A DNA stretch of 64,000 bases from Patescibacteria group bacterium (GTDB lineage Bacteria > Patescibacteriota > WWE3 > UBA101185 > UBA10185), in contig BPJL01000006.1 of assembly GCA_026004595.1 (NCBI GenBank), positions 12,299 to 76,298 of the forward strand, read 5' to 3'. How positions within the stretch are numbered: the first letter of the stretch is position 1; each line of letters opens with the position of its first letter. The notes under the pieces are model-generated. The model worked only from the letters and a program-made list of their open reading frames with translations, was not told the DNA's origin and searched no databases. The position numbers and the translations under genes are program-made. This document shows positions 19,783 to 31,229 of this stretch, one piece after another.

Positions 19783-20967
19783 ATGCAAGTTAAACCTGAG
19801 ATAGAACGTTTTGCAAAAATAAGGGTTGTTGGTGTCGGGGGTGCCGGAGGTAATGTAATCAACTCAATGATAGAGTCTAATCAGATAAAAGGTGTGGAGT
19901 TTGTTGCTATAAACACAGACGCCCAGGATTTATCCATAAATAAGGCTGTAATAAAGATACCGATAGGTCAAGAGATAACTCAAGGTTTGGGGGCAGGTTC
20001 AAATCCCGAAATTGGAAGAAAGGCGGCCGAGGAGTCTGTGGATGTGATAAGGAGCAATCTTGAGGGAGCAAACATGGTTTTTATTACCGCTGGATTAGGC
20101 GGGGGAACGGGCACTGGTGCTTCTCCGGTTGTGGCTAGGATAGCAAGAGAATCGGGCGCTTTGACAATAGGTGTGGTAACCAAGCCTTTTAATTTCGAAG
20201 GAATTCAAAGGATGCGAGCGGCAGACAGGGGAATAGCCGAGCTAAAAAAAGAAGTAGATGCATTGATAACAATACCGAATCAGAAACTTTTGGAGGTGGC
20301 TGATGAAGACATGTCTATACTTGAAGCATTTAGGCTTTCGGATAGTGTTCTCAATCAGGGTGTACAGGGAATTTCGGATTTGATTGTTATGCCCGGCCTA
20401 ATCAATGTCGATTTTGCTGATGTTAAAACTATAATGAAAGACGCCGGAACAGCGCTTATGGGAATCGGAATCGGCACAGGAGAAAATAGAGCAGAGGTAG
20501 CGGCAAGGGCAGCGATTTCCTCTCCCCTGCTCGAACAATCTATCGAAGGTGCTAAAGGCATTCTATTTAACATTTCAGGCGGTCCCGATCTTACAATGAG
20601 GGAAGTAGACCGAGCGGCTAATATAATAAGGAGCATTGCAAGCGAAGAAGCCGAAATCATATTTGGAACTTCTATCGATGATGAACTTACAGGTCAGTTG
20701 AAAATTACGGTTATTGCTACGGGTTTTGAAGTTCCTGAAGAAGACGATTCAGTTGCTGGATACGTTGAGAAACACTATGCTCAAATTCAAAGAAAAGATA
20801 AACCCGAACAGTCTCCGTATCAGTTTTCTTCTCAAGGACAGAAAACAGAGACTTCGAGTGAAGAAAAAACGCCAAAGCTGCCTTCAGAAATGTGGAAGCC
20901 CGAGGATGCAGAGGAAGGAGATTACGGAACCGGTTTTGATATCCCAACTTTTCTTAGGCAAAAATGA
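19783..20967 (+). CDS. ftsZ: Cell division protein FtsZ
   Basis: GGGTGTG signature, NVDFAD, C-terminal DIPTFLR. Confidence 0.99.
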   Translation: MQVKPEIERFAKIRVVGVGGAGGNVINSMIESNQIKGVEFVAINTDAQDLSINKAVIKIPIGQEITQGLGAGSNPEIGRKAAEESVDVIRSNLEGANMVFITAGLGGGTGTGASPVVARIARESGALTIGVVTKPFNFEGIQRMRAADRGIAELKKEVDALITIPNQKLLEVADEDMSILEAFRLSDSVLNQGVQGISDLIVMPGLINVDFADVKTIMKDAGTALMGIGIGTGENRAEVAARAAISSPLLEQSIEGAKGILFNISGGPDLTMREVDRAANIIRSIASEEAEIIFGTSIDDELTGQLKITVIATGFEVPEEDDSVAGYVEKHYAQIQRKDKPEQSPYQFSSQGQKTETSSEEKTPKLPSEMWKPEDAEEGDYGTGFDIPTFLRQK

Positions 20968-21160
20968 AAAATTTCGCAGATTTTATTTTCTTGCGTATTT
21001 ACGCTAATTTAAAAAAACTGCCCCGCGATAATTCAACAAATTCTCCTAATACTACAATGCGCATTGCCTTGTGTGATAGACAACTTTCTGCTTTTATTAA
21101 GTAAGGCAGTATTTATTTAAATAACATTTCGCGTTCCGACAATATTTGTGAGGCAGTGAA

Positions 21161-23698
21161 ATGTTGCCGGTTCGTGAGATGAATAATCTTATGAGCAGTT
21201 TTTTATACCGTGAAGACCCGTCTGTATTTTCTAGAAATACGGATATAGAATTTTCTGAAAATGCGAGAAAAATTCTTGAAAAAAGATATCTAAGAAAAGA
21301 CGAGAACGGTGTAGTTGTCGAAACCCCCGAACAAATGTTTGAAAGGATAGCTAATGTTATTGCTGAACCGGATAGACCCTACGCAGATGTTGAAAGATCA
21401 AGAACCGAATTTTACAATTTGATTTCTTCTAAGAAGTTTTTTCCCAACTCCCCAACATTTACAGGAGCTGGTACACCTCTAGGTCAGCTCGCTGCCTGCT
21501 TCGTTTTGCCCATATCTGATGATATGGGGAAAGAGAAGGATGGTATTTTTTCAACACTCAGGGTGGCTTCATTAATTCAGCAAAGCGGGGGTGGGAACGG
21601 CTTTTCGTTTTCTAGATTAAGACCTAAAGGTTCCAGAGTTAGGGCAAGCAATGGTATAGCTACAGGTCCCGTAGGTTTTATTAGAGTTTACGATGCCGCG
21701 TTTGGTGAAATTGCTCAGGGAGGTGTAAGGAGAGGGGCAAACATGGGAGTTCTTCGCGTTGACCATCCCGATATAAGAGAGTTTATTGAGTGTAAGTCTG
21801 TGGAGGGAAGGGTTTCAAATTTCAATTTATCAGTTGCGGTGACTGATAAATTTATGGAAGCTGTCAAAAATGATGAAACTTACGAACTGATTGATCCCCA
21901 TACTTTAAAAGTAACTGAAACTCCCAAGGCAAGAGAAATTTTTGACCTAATTGTTGAAAGTGCTTATAGAAATGGTGAGCCTGGGGTTTTGTTTATAGAC
22001 ACCGCAAACAGACAAAATCCTGTTCCCCATCTGTACGAACTGGAGGCCACAAACCCCTGCGGTGAGCAGTGGCTTGGCCCATATGAAAACTGTTGCTTGG
22101 GATCAATAAATTTGGCCGAACATTTGACAGCGGAGGGAAAGCTGGATTGGGAAGAGTTGAGAAAAACAATAATTTCTTCCACAAGATTCTTGGATAATGT
22201 TGTTGAGGCGAATAGGTACATTCCAGCAGTTCCTGAAATTAAAGAAGCGGCAATGGATGTCAGACGAATCGGCCTTGGCTTTATGGCGCTTGCCGACGCG
22301 ATGTATTCAATGGGTATAAGATATGGCAGTGACGAAGGACAAGAATTTGCCGCACAGGTTTCTGAGTTCATAAGATACTATTCCATGAAGACCTCAATAG
22401 AGTTGGCGAAGGAAAGAGGTAGTTTCAGGAAAATTAGAGGCAGTATTTATGATCCCGAGAATCTTAGATGGACTCCGCCCAAACCTCTTAAGGAATATAC
22501 AAGAGATTTTGGGCGACCTTCGATAGATTGGGCCTCTGTTATAGAAGGAATAAAAATGTACGGAATAAGAAATGGCGCTCAAACTACTATAGCCCCAACA
22601 GGGACAATATCAACCGTAGCGGGCGTTGAGGGGTATGGATGCGAGCCTGTTTTTGCTTTGGCTTACTACAGAAACGTTTACCAATCGGCCGGGGACGAGG
22701 GCAAAATGACTCTAACCTACGTAAGCCCCTTCTTCCAAAAAGCTCTTGATAAGTTGAATCTGTCGGAAGAGGCGAAGATAAAAATCATAGAAAGTGTTAT
22801 AGAAACAGGAACGTGTCAAAACATAACGGAACTCCCCCAGCATATTAGAAATACCTTTGTTGTTTCTGCAGACATAAAACCCGAAGAACATATAATGATG
22901 CAGGCGGCAATTCAGGCCTTTGTGGATAATTCTATTTCTAAAACTTGTAACTTCCCAGAGAATGCTACCAAAGAAGATGTTGCCAAAGTTTATATGCTTG
23001 GGTGGGAGATGGGCTGCAAAGGTTTGACAGTTTACGTTACTGGTAGCAGACAAGAAGTTGTTCTCGAGACTAAGTCAACAAAGGTACAAAAAAGTGAAAA
23101 AGAGATGCCGGAGCCTGTAAATAAAGAAATAGTTTTGACAGACAAACCCGCAGAGCATGTTTTGGTAATGAGAGGGTACAAACTCAATGGAGCTACATAC
23201 AAAGTGAAAACGCCTCAGGGGAATGCATTTATCACAATTAACAAAGACGAAACAGGTAGACCGCTTGAAGTTTTCTTGAATGTTGGCAAGGCCGGAAGTG
23301 ATGTTGCCGCTTTAGCAGAAGGGTTGGGTAGGCTTTTGTCAGGGTGGCTTAGAATGCCTAACTTTAGTTTTGAAGTTGTGAGGGAGATTATAGTTCAGCT
23401 GGCGGGGATTGGAGGATCGAAATCGATCGGTTTCGGTAAGGATAGAGTAAGTTCACTGCCTGATGCTGTGGCAAAAGTGCTCGCAGATGAGTTCGGTTTT
23501 ACTGTAAAGGCGAATGGATCCAACGGAAATGATTACCTGGCGGAGAGTAAAGGTGCGGTGAAAGAGCGGGTCAATTCTAGACAGGTGGGTTTTCAGGCCT
23601 ATTCTAACACCGACATGTGTCCCGAGTGTGGCAACTACACTTTAGTTCTTGAAGAAGGGTGCTCCAAATGCTACCAATGCGGATTTAGCCGATGTTAA
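21161..23698 (+). CDS. nrdJ: Class II (adenosylcobalamin-dependent) ribonucleotide reductase with C-terminal TSCPD-like domain and Zn ribbon
   Basis: PNSPT, AACFV, NPCGEQ, CCLGSIN, APTGTIS, SISKTCN, CPECG...CYQCGFSRC. Confidence 0.93.
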   Translation: MLPVREMNNLMSSFLYREDPSVFSRNTDIEFSENARKILEKRYLRKDENGVVVETPEQMFERIANVIAEPDRPYADVERSRTEFYNLISSKKFFPNSPTFTGAGTPLGQLAACFVLPISDDMGKEKDGIFSTLRVASLIQQSGGGNGFSFSRLRPKGSRVRASNGIATGPVGFIRVYDAAFGEIAQGGVRRGANMGVLRVDHPDIREFIECKSVEGRVSNFNLSVAVTDKFMEAVKNDETYELIDPHTLKVTETPKAREIFDLIVESAYRNGEPGVLFIDTANRQNPVPHLYELEATNPCGEQWLGPYENCCLGSINLAEHLTAEGKLDWEELRKTIISSTRFLDNVVEANRYIPAVPEIKEAAMDVRRIGLGFMALADAMYSMGIRYGSDEGQEFAAQVSEFIRYYSMKTSIELAKERGSFRKIRGSIYDPENLRWTPPKPLKEYTRDFGRPSIDWASVIEGIKMYGIRNGAQTTIAPTGTISTVAGVEGYGCEPVFALAYYRNVYQSAGDEGKMTLTYVSPFFQKALDKLNLSEEAKIKIIESVIETGTCQNITELPQHIRNTFVVSADIKPEEHIMMQAAIQAFVDNSISKTCNFPENATKEDVAKVYMLGWEMGCKGLTVYVTGSRQEVVLETKSTKVQKSEKEMPEPVNKEIVLTDKPAEHVLVMRGYKLNGATYKVKTPQGNAFITINKDETGRPLEVFLNVGKAGSDVAALAEGLGRLLSGWLRMPNFSFEVVREIIVQLAGIGGSKSIGFGKDRVSSLPDAVAKVLADEFGFTVKANGSNGNDYLAESKGAVKERVNSRQVGFQAYSNTDMCPECGNYTLVLEEGCSKCYQCGFSRC

Positions 23699-23713
23699 TG
23701 GTATTATCTTCTT

Positions 23714-24265
23714 ATGAAGATATATACTAGAGAAGGCGATTCGGGGTTCTCTTCACTTATAGGTTCAAAGAAAAAGATAACCAAGTCCGACTCTGTTTTC
23801 GACCTTTTAGGACTTTGTGATGAGATAAACGCCCTTTTGGGATGTATTTTGGCTGATAATAAAAAAAACGCGGAGTCAGCCTTGCTTGAAACAATTCAGT
23901 CTGATCTTTTTTATATAGGTGCTTATATCGCGGGTTTAAAGCCTTCCCCCCAAGACAAATCAGAATGGGAGGAGAAGGTAAGTAGGATGGAGAGGAAAAT
24001 GGATCAGTATTCAGCAAAATTGTCGGCGATAAAATCATTTATACTTCCCGGCGGGACTAGACCGGCTTCCGAGATACATCTCGCGAGAGCAAGGGTTAGA
24101 ACCCTGGAACGTGGTTTAGTCTCGTATGTAAACCGAGGTAAGGGAGAATCGTTGAAGTTTATACTCCCATACATAAACCGCTTATCCGATTTATTGTTTA
24201 TAATGGCTAGGTACGTAAATAAAACTGCAGGAAAAGAGGAGAGGTTGTGGAGGTATAAAAAATGA
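23714..24265 (+). CDS. pduO: ATP:cob(I)alamin adenosyltransferase, PduO type
   Basis: KIYTREGD, FILPGG, HLARARVR, YINRLSDLLF. Confidence 0.93.
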   Translation: MKIYTREGDSGFSSLIGSKKKITKSDSVFDLLGLCDEINALLGCILADNKKNAESALLETIQSDLFYIGAYIAGLKPSPQDKSEWEEKVSRMERKMDQYSAKLSAIKSFILPGGTRPASEIHLARARVRTLERGLVSYVNRGKGESLKFILPYINRLSDLLFIMARYVNKTAGKEERLWRYKK

Positions 24266-24417
24266 GAAAAAACTATATTTTGTTAATTTTACTTGTGTTC
24301 GTAATGTCTGCACTAGTCGCCCTTCTTGTTTACCGCGCCCACAAAAATGATATCTATTTTGAATCTCAAAATAGGCCATCTGAACCAGAGGGCTCTTTAG
24401 AAGTACTCGAAATTTGA
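24262..24417 (+). CDS. Small single-pass membrane protein (51 aa)
   Basis: Manual translation MRKNYILLILLVFVMSALVALLVYRAHK...; ATGA overlap with pduO stop; fills the gap before ileS. Confidence 0.55.
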   Translation: MRKNYILLILLVFVMSALVALLVYRAHKNDIYFESQNRPSEPEGSLEVLEI

Positions 24418-24434
24418 TAAAATCTCTTTGTTCT

Positions 24435-27302
24435 ATGCCTAAAAAAGATGATAAAAACCAAAATCTAACTATCCCGCAAATGGAGGAACGTGTACTTGAT
24501 TTTTGGTTGGAAAATAACATTTTTGAGAAATCTGTCCAGCAAAGATCGGAAAAGGACCTCTATGTTTTTTATGATGGTCCGCCGTTTGTTTCGGGGCTTC
24601 CTCATTACGGTCATTTGTTAAGCTCTATAGCTAAGGATGTTGTGCCAAGGTACTGGACTATGAAAGGAAAAAAGGTCGAGCGTGTTTGGGGATGGGATGC
24701 GCATGGCTTGGCTGTGGAGAATAAAGTCCAAAAAAAGTTTGGTATCAAAAATAGACGCGATATTGAAAAATTTGGAGTAGAGAGGTTTACAACTGAGTGT
24801 TACAAATACACGCGCGAAACGTCAGCCGAATGGGATTGGTATATTAATAAAATTGGCCGATGGGTTGATATAAAAAACGCTTACAGAACAACTGACCAGA
24901 AATATATGGAGTCGGTGATGTGGACTTTCAAGCAGTTATATGATAAAGGTCTTGTCTATGAGGGTATAAGAACGTCTCTTTATTGTACTAAGTGCGGAAC
25001 CCCGGTATCCAACTTTGAAATCGCAATGGATAATTCTTACAAGGATGTGGAAGACCCCGCAATAACTGTGAAGTTTAAGATAACGAGCGTCGGTGAGTTA
25101 AATGGGGCTTATGCATTGGCTTGGACGACCACTCCATGGACTATACCTTCCAATAGAGCGCTTGTAGTTGAACAGGGCGCTCCCTACGTACTTGTTGAAT
25201 CCGAGGGCGAACGTTATATTGCAGCTGAAGCGAGAGTATCAGAGATTTTTAAAGGATGCGACTTTAAACAGCTTAAGAAAATTGAGGGAAAAGATTTGAT
25301 TGGCTTGAAATACAAACCCCCATTTAATTTTTATTCTTCTAAAGAAGGGGAGTATGAAATTTACCACTACGAAGGAATGGCAAATATGGAGGAGGGCACG
25401 GGTGTTGTCCACAGCGCCCCAGGCTTTGGTGAAATTGATTCTGAAATGGGAAAACATTTTGGTCTAACCTTGATGATGACTTTAGATGAAGAAGGAAAAT
25501 TTTTACCGGGTGATTTAGAAGAAAACCCTTACGCGGGTGTGTTTTACAAGGATGCGGATCCGCTTTTAATAGAAGATCTTAAAGCTAAAAACCTTCTTTT
25601 TAAAAACGAGAAAATTATACACAGATTTCCATTTCATGATAGGTGTGACACTCTATTGATACAAAGAGCACAGCATAGTTGGTTTATAAATGTTGCCCTG
25701 TTAAAAGATAGGATGTACGAGCTTAACGAGAGGATAAATTGGGTGCCGGATCACTTAAAATATGGAAGGTTCGGCCAAAACATTAAGCAACAGCCCGATT
25801 GGTGCATTTCTCGAAATAGATATTGGGCTACGCCTATGCCTATTTGGGAAGCGGACGACGGGGATAGGATAGTGGTGTCATCAATAAAGGAAATAGAGAA
25901 TTTGTCAGGCCAAAAAGTTGAGGATCTTCACAGGCCATTTATTGATAGAATTGTGATAAAAAAAGGCGATAAAGAATATCGGCGACGACCTGAAGTTCTT
26001 GATTCATGGATGGAGGCTGGGTCAATGCCTTGGGCGCAAATACATTACCCTTTTGAAAACAAAGAAAAATTTGAGGCAAACTACCCGGGTGATTACATTG
26101 TAGAGTATATTGCTCAAGTCCGTGCTTGGTTTAACGTTATGCATATTCTTTCCACTGCGATGTTTGATTCCAATTCCTTTAAGAACGTTATATCAACAGG
26201 TGTTATGGCGGGAACCGACGGCAGAAAAATGAGCAAGACTTTCAACAATTACACCGATCCTAAAGAGGTCTTGGAAAATTACGGTGGAGATGCCTTGAGG
26301 TTGTATTTGATGGGTTCTCCACTTATGGTTGGGGAAAATGCAAATTTTGAAGAATCTGAGCTTAGGACAAAGCTTAGAAACGTTCTTAATCCGCTTTGGA
26401 ATTCACTGAAATATTTTGAAACCTATGCCGATTTTCATAGGTGGGATGAAAAATTGTATGAAAATTCAGATCATATATTAGACAAATGGATTGTTGCTCG
26501 AATTCATGAAGTAACAAAATATGTGAGCGAAAATATGGAAAAGTACCTGGTGCCTCCGGTAGTTAGGGTGATAGAAGAGTTTGTTGATGATCTTTCAAGG
26601 TGGTACATAAGAAGGTCAAGGGAAAGAATCTCTTCGGGCGACAACAAGGCGTTAAGCACATTGTTTAGTGTGTTGCTGACCTTTTCTAAAGTCGCGGCTC
26701 CGGTAATACCATTCATTGCCGAGAGCATGTATCTAGTCTTGAAAAGGTTTTCGGAAAAAGAGAAGGCTGAGTCAGTTCACCTTTGCTATTTCCCTAGCTA
26801 CGATTCCTCTGTGATAAAAGACTGTGCCGAATTGATTTCGGGTATGAAAAACGTAAGAGAGTATGCCTCATTAGGATTAGCTCAAAGGACTGAACATAAA
26901 ATATCTGTAAGACAGCCCCTTCTTTCAGTAACTATACCAGAGAAACTTCCAAAAGAACTTGAGCGACTGTTGATTGATGAGCTGAATGTGAAGAAGGTAA
27001 ATGTGGCTGTATCGCCCGAACCTTTGCAAATGAGTTTAGTCGCGAAACCGTCCTTAGTAAAGATTGATCTTACAATCAATGAAGAACTTAAGTTGGAGGG
27101 AATGTCCCGCGAGTTTGTGAGAAAAGTTCAGGATTTAAGAAAAGAGATGGGGCTTAAAGTCGGGGATATTATCGAAGTCGGTTATGTGTCCGATCCTGAT
27201 ACCGAAAAAATGATGAGTATTCATGGAGACGAAATTAAAAGGAAAATACAAGCGTCAAAAATATCTCCCGCGCCCGAATTTTCAATCCGAAAAGTCAGCT
27301 AA
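24435..27302 (+). CDS. ileS: Isoleucyl-tRNA synthetase (type 2-like)
   Basis: YDGPPF..GLPHYGH, WTTTPWT, GTGVVH, DWCISRNRYW, KMSKT. Confidence 0.95.
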   Translation: MPKKDDKNQNLTIPQMEERVLDFWLENNIFEKSVQQRSEKDLYVFYDGPPFVSGLPHYGHLLSSIAKDVVPRYWTMKGKKVERVWGWDAHGLAVENKVQKKFGIKNRRDIEKFGVERFTTECYKYTRETSAEWDWYINKIGRWVDIKNAYRTTDQKYMESVMWTFKQLYDKGLVYEGIRTSLYCTKCGTPVSNFEIAMDNSYKDVEDPAITVKFKITSVGELNGAYALAWTTTPWTIPSNRALVVEQGAPYVLVESEGERYIAAEARVSEIFKGCDFKQLKKIEGKDLIGLKYKPPFNFYSSKEGEYEIYHYEGMANMEEGTGVVHSAPGFGEIDSEMGKHFGLTLMMTLDEEGKFLPGDLEENPYAGVFYKDADPLLIEDLKAKNLLFKNEKIIHRFPFHDRCDTLLIQRAQHSWFINVALLKDRMYELNERINWVPDHLKYGRFGQNIKQQPDWCISRNRYWATPMPIWEADDGDRIVVSSIKEIENLSGQKVEDLHRPFIDRIVIKKGDKEYRRRPEVLDSWMEAGSMPWAQIHYPFENKEKFEANYPGDYIVEYIAQVRAWFNVMHILSTAMFDSNSFKNVISTGVMAGTDGRKMSKTFNNYTDPKEVLENYGGDALRLYLMGSPLMVGENANFEESELRTKLRNVLNPLWNSLKYFETYADFHRWDEKLYENSDHILDKWIVARIHEVTKYVSENMEKYLVPPVVRVIEEFVDDLSRWYIRRSRERISSGDNKALSTLFSVLLTFSKVAAPVIPFIAESMYLVLKRFSEKEKAESVHLCYFPSYDSSVIKDCAELISGMKNVREYASLGLAQRTEHKISVRQPLLSVTIPEKLPKELERLLIDELNVKKVNVAVSPEPLQMSLVAKPSLVKIDLTINEELKLEGMSREFVRKVQDLRKEMGLKVGDIIEVGYVSDPDTEKMMSIHGDEIKRKIQASKISPAPEFSIRKVS

Positions 27303-27321
27303 ATATGGTATATTTATAGAT

Positions 27322-28659
27322 ATGTTGGAAGTGTACTTGTCTTTGAACAACAACAACCTTCGGCTTACTTATATTGATAAGGAGGGTTTGAAGACATACT
27401 CAGCCGTTATTCCCGAAGATATAGTTTCCGACACTAAAATTCTAGATGTCGCTAGATACGCAGAAGAGATAAAGAAGGGTCTTTCCCAGGTAACCAAATA
27501 TTCTCCTGCCAAGTTATTTTTGAATGTTATATCAGAACCTGAAGATGTGATTTTAAGATTTATTACTGTAAACAAAAGGGATGGGGACAAGCAGGAGCAG
27601 CTGCTCAAGGATATGAAAGAGAAGATCACGGAGGTTCCGCTGGAGGATCTCTATTTTTCTTATCAAAAGATAGCTCCATTTTTGTACCAATTTGTTGGTG
27701 TTAGAAAAGAGTATATGGAAACCCTTCTTGAGGTTTCCAATGTTGTAGGTATTTCACTTAAGAGTGTTGTCCCGTGGCTTTTGCTTCTGCCCAAATACTT
27801 GGGGATAAATGACCCCGCAGTCTTCATCTGCAGGGTTGACGGGAGCCACGCTATGGCTTTATCAGAGCTGGGAGGAATATTTTACAGCGGGGTTAGCGAT
27901 AAGCTGATAACAGCAAGCCAGCTTGAAAATTTTGTTTCAGATCTGTCCTTTTATAAAAAGAAGACACCTGTTAGAAACATATACACCTTGAATTACCAGG
28001 ATTTTGATGTAAAAGGGTTTGAGGTATCTGAAATTGGTATGCCGCCTGTGCAGACTGAATATCCCGAAGAATTTAAGATCAATATGCTTGTGAACTATAT
28101 GCTCGATAACGACCCCGATTTGGTTGCCAACCAGATGAATTTATTGAATTTAATGCCTTTACCCGTTGTTGAAAAGAAAACCTCAAGTTTAGTTTATGTT
28201 GGCGTGGCCTCGCTTTTCTTGATCATGGGGGTTTTATCATTTTCTCTTATTTTTAGAAAGGGCGGCGGTTCAAACAATCAACCCATTACTGATTCCGGGC
28301 AGGCTAATGTTTTAAGCGAGCAGGTGTCTCAGAATGAGAACCCGCCAGTTGAACAAAAGGTGGAGTTAAAAAAAGAGGATTTGAAGGTTATGATTCTTAA
28401 CGGTTCGGGTGTGAATGGATTAGCGGCGAGGACAAAGACTTTGCTGGAGGAGAAGGGATATAAAGTCGTTGATATAGATACCGCAGATGCTACTAGGGAA
28501 GATACTCTGCTGAAGTTTAAAAAGGATAGAATTGCCTTCAATGATATTATTCAGGAGGACATCAAGGAGGCATTCCCGAAGGTTGCAGTGGAAGATACTC
28601 TAGCAGATAGTGAAGAATACGATTTGCTTATTATAGCGGGGACAACAAGCGAGTTGTAG
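27322..28659 (+). CDS. Membrane-anchored protein with C-terminal LytR_C domain
   Basis: Single TM followed by VMILNGSGVNGLA...DLLIIAG; large cytoplasmic N-domain of unknown function. Confidence 0.75.
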   Translation: MLEVYLSLNNNNLRLTYIDKEGLKTYSAVIPEDIVSDTKILDVARYAEEIKKGLSQVTKYSPAKLFLNVISEPEDVILRFITVNKRDGDKQEQLLKDMKEKITEVPLEDLYFSYQKIAPFLYQFVGVRKEYMETLLEVSNVVGISLKSVVPWLLLLPKYLGINDPAVFICRVDGSHAMALSELGGIFYSGVSDKLITASQLENFVSDLSFYKKKTPVRNIYTLNYQDFDVKGFEVSEIGMPPVQTEYPEEFKINMLVNYMLDNDPDLVANQMNLLNLMPLPVVEKKTSSLVYVGVASLFLIMGVLSFSLIFRKGGGSNNQPITDSGQANVLSEQVSQNENPPVEQKVELKKEDLKVMILNGSGVNGLAARTKTLLEEKGYKVVDIDTADATREDTLLKFKKDRIAFNDIIQEDIKEAFPKVAVEDTLADSEEYDLLIIAGTTSEL

Positions 28660-28728
28660 GTCTTTACGGCTCTCCTAAAGGGAGTTCTTGCCCAGCCTTA
28701 GGATTTAGTGTAATATTCCAATGTTTCT

Positions 28729-29178
28729 ATGGATAAATACGCGATAATAAAAATAGGCCCAGCCCAATATAAGGTACATGAGGGGGACAACCTGACTGTA
28801 CGAAAGCAAGATGACGGTGTTTCCGCTGATGTTTTGCTTTACTCCGATGGCAAGGAAGTGGTTTTAGGAGCGCCTATGGTTGAAAATGCCCATGTTTATC
28901 TCAAAGTTGTTGAGCACAAAAGAGGAGAAAAAATTGCTGTTTCAAGATTTAAGTCCAAGTCAAGGTATCGAAAAACCAAGGGTTATCGAGACGAATTAAC
29001 TGTTTTACATGTGGAAAAGATAGAATTTGGCGAGAAAAAACAGGGAGATCAAAAGGAGCCGAAGGCTACCGAAAAAGAGATTAAGGAGGAGAAAAAGGAG
29101 CTCATAGCGCAAAGGATGACAACTAAGTCCGCAAAACCCAGGAAAGAAGTTGAAAAGATAAAGAAAGGATCAAAATAA
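28729..29178 (+). CDS. rplU: 50S ribosomal protein L21 with charged C-terminal extension
   Basis: YAIIK...[20 protein letters not shown]. Confidence 0.95.
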   Translation: MDKYAIIKIGPAQYKVHEGDNLTVRKQDDGVSADVLLYSDGKEVVLGAPMVENAHVYLKVVEHKRGEKIAVSRFKSKSRYRKTKGYRDELTVLHVEKIEFGEKKQGDQKEPKATEKEIKEEKKELIAQRMTTKSAKPRKEVEKIKKGSK

Positions 29179-29179
29179 T

Positions 29180-29440
29180 ATGGCACATAAAAAAGCAGGA
29201 GGTTCAAAGGCAAGACAGGGAGGGAATGTAGCCGGAAAAAGGCTTGGAGTTAAGGTATTTGGAGGGGCACACGTGAAAGCTGGAAGCATCATAGTCAGGC
29301 AGAGGGGAAGAACTTTTGTAGCAGGAAAGAATACCGAAATGGCTAAGGATTTCTCGATATTTAGCAGAGTTGATGGAACGGTAAAATTTTCCTGGTTGAA
29401 CAAGAACAAGAAAAAGATAGATGTTGAAAAAGATAAGTAA
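29180..29440 (+). CDS. rpmA: 50S ribosomal protein L27
   Basis: [22 protein letters not shown]. Confidence 0.98.
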   Translation: MAHKKAGGSKARQGGNVAGKRLGVKVFGGAHVKAGSIIVRQRGRTFVAGKNTEMAKDFSIFSRVDGTVKFSWLNKNKKKIDVEKDK

Positions 29441-29457
29441 TAGTAACTCTACTTAGG

Positions 29458-30009
29458 TTATTTTGCCTTTTCCAAGAGTCTGATATTTTCAAACGGGTAA
29501 AATACTGCCAACGCGCGTCCGATTATTTTGTTTTTTGCCACCGGTCCCCAATATCTGGAGTCAGTGCTTTCCGTACGGTTGTCACCCATGACAATGTAAA
29601 AATCTTGGGCAACTTTGTAATCCAAACCCTCTTTCAAAAAATCCCTTCCTTCAGTAACTGTATTAGCAGGGAGGTAGGGCTCTTCAAGTTTTTGTCCGTT
29701 GATGTAAATAAAACCATTTTGAATTTTTATAGTTTCTTCCGGCAAAGCTATTACCCTTTTAACCAAAAGGATTTGCTCTCCCCCGGGATGCCAGAAGATT
29801 ATAACATCACCCCGCCTTATAGGTTCAAATTTTATGGAAAGTTTCTCAGCAATTATATGTTCTTTATCCTGCAAGTAAGGGTACATTGAGTTTCCCGTTA
29901 CTTCTAAAAACTGGCCGACCAATATGTAAACGAGAAGAAATACTGCCGTGCCGATGATAGTCAGTTCTACCATATCTACTATGGCGTTTCTTATACTGAA
30001 TTTACTCAT
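29458..30009 (-). CDS. lepB: Signal peptidase I
   Basis: GNSMYP Ser, VKRVIA Lys, GDNR..S.DSRYWG. Confidence 0.96.
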   Translation of the reverse strand: MSKFSIRNAIVDMVELTIIGTAVFLLVYILVGQFLEVTGNSMYPYLQDKEHIIAEKLSIKFEPIRRGDVIIFWHPGGEQILLVKRVIALPEETIKIQNGFIYINGQKLEEPYLPANTVTEGRDFLKEGLDYKVAQDFYIVMGDNRTESTDSRYWGPVAKNKIIGRALAVFYPFENIRLLEKAK

Positions 30010-30081
30010 AGCAATAATTTTATAACAGCCGTACTCAAATAACTAGGATAAGAAATTAAAATGCTGTAGAATAGGGGCGAC

Positions 30082-30157
30082 GGGCTCGTAGCTCAGTGGC
30101 TAGAGCGCTCGGTTCACATCCGAGAGGCCCCTGGTTCGATCCCAGGCGAGCCCACCA
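30082..30157 (+). tRNA. tRNA-Val(CAC)
   Basis: Cloverleaf GGGCTCG...CGAGCCC-ACCA; anticodon arm CTCGG-TTCACAT-CCGAG; TTCGA T-loop. Confidence 0.95.
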
Positions 30158-31198
30158 TTAATAATCATTGAGCGGTACCCTTAGAGTGTTGAGCATTAAT
30201 CTTTTAAGTATGTCAACAAAGGGTATCTTATATAGATCTTCTATGATGTACCCCATTGCCGTATCGCATTCTTTGGGCCCAAAAGCAGGATTGGCGTTGG
30301 CATCTATAAAAAAGTATCTGCCCGATCCGTCCTGCCTTATGTCAAATTTTCCATAATCCATCATTTTTACTGCGTCAAAAGCAGCGATTGACAGTTCCTT
30401 CAAGTAAGGATCTTCGTGTTTTTCATATTTGAAAGAATCGTCTTTGTTTATCCACTGGTCCTCAAATGTAAGGAACACATATTTTTCGTCAGGTTTATTG
30501 AAAACTTTTTCGGCCATATACACTTTTCTGTTTAAACCCTCAAGGATGTACACAGTAATCTCGCGCCCCACAATAAACTCTTCCACCAAGACAGGTTGCT
30601 GGTATATGTCTTTTAAGTATCTAATTCTTTCGCGAAGCGCTTTTTCGTTCTCAACTACAGAATCTTTTGTAATTTCAACTCCTCCGTGTATCTCGTTAAG
30701 TTTGGTTATAAGAGGAAATCTTAAGTGGGGATCAACGGGGTCCGAAGGTGTTGTAAACAGTTGAAAGTTAGGTACCGGTATTTTAAATTGGTGAAGAAGC
30801 TTTTTAACTAGAAACTTGTTGTAGCACAATGCTAAGCCCAAAATATCCGAGCCCGTATATGGCAGCTCTAGGGCCTCTAATATTCCGGGAATTGCAGATG
30901 AAAGATATTCGTTTCCTTTTATTGAGTCAACAAGATTAAAGACCATCTCCGGCTTAACTTTTTTAAGCGCCTCGGGAAGGTCGGCGTTGCCTGGCAGGGT
31001 CATGGCCTCAACCCCAAGTTTTTCGCAATATTTACATACAATTTCTGCGTCTTCCTCCGCGCTTGCTTCGGTTATGTATTGAGCTTCGCTTGGGAAGTAT
31101 TCTCTTTTTATTTCGCTATGGAGAATAGCAACCTTTTTCGGGAGCTCGTACCCATTTCCGTTTTGGCCTATTGAACTTACGCGTTCATTATTTTCCAT
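30158..31198 (-). CDS. D-Ala-D-Ala ligase-like ATP-grasp protein
   Basis: LPYTGS...NK, VEEFIVGRE, KFDIR...FIDANANP. Confidence 0.8.
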   Translation of the reverse strand: MENNERVSSIGQNGNGYELPKKVAILHSEIKREYFPSEAQYITEASAEEDAEIVCKYCEKLGVEAMTLPGNADLPEALKKVKPEMVFNLVDSIKGNEYLSSAIPGILEALELPYTGSDILGLALCYNKFLVKKLLHQFKIPVPNFQLFTTPSDPVDPHLRFPLITKLNEIHGGVEITKDSVVENEKALRERIRYLKDIYQQPVLVEEFIVGREITVYILEGLNRKVYMAEKVFNKPDEKYVFLTFEDQWINKDDSFKYEKHEDPYLKELSIAAFDAVKMMDYGKFDIRQDGSGRYFFIDANANPAFGPKECDTAMGYIIEDLYKIPFVDILKRLMLNTLRVPLNDY

Positions 31199-31229
31199 TT
31201 CACCATCTATTAAAAATTAATGCGGGCAT

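Noticed and set aside
21040-21155. NrdR boxes or cobalamin riboswitch upstream of nrdJ
   Set aside because: Palindromes CAATGCGCATTG and ACAATATTTGT do not fit the 16-bp NrdR spacing, and no B12-box motif is seen.
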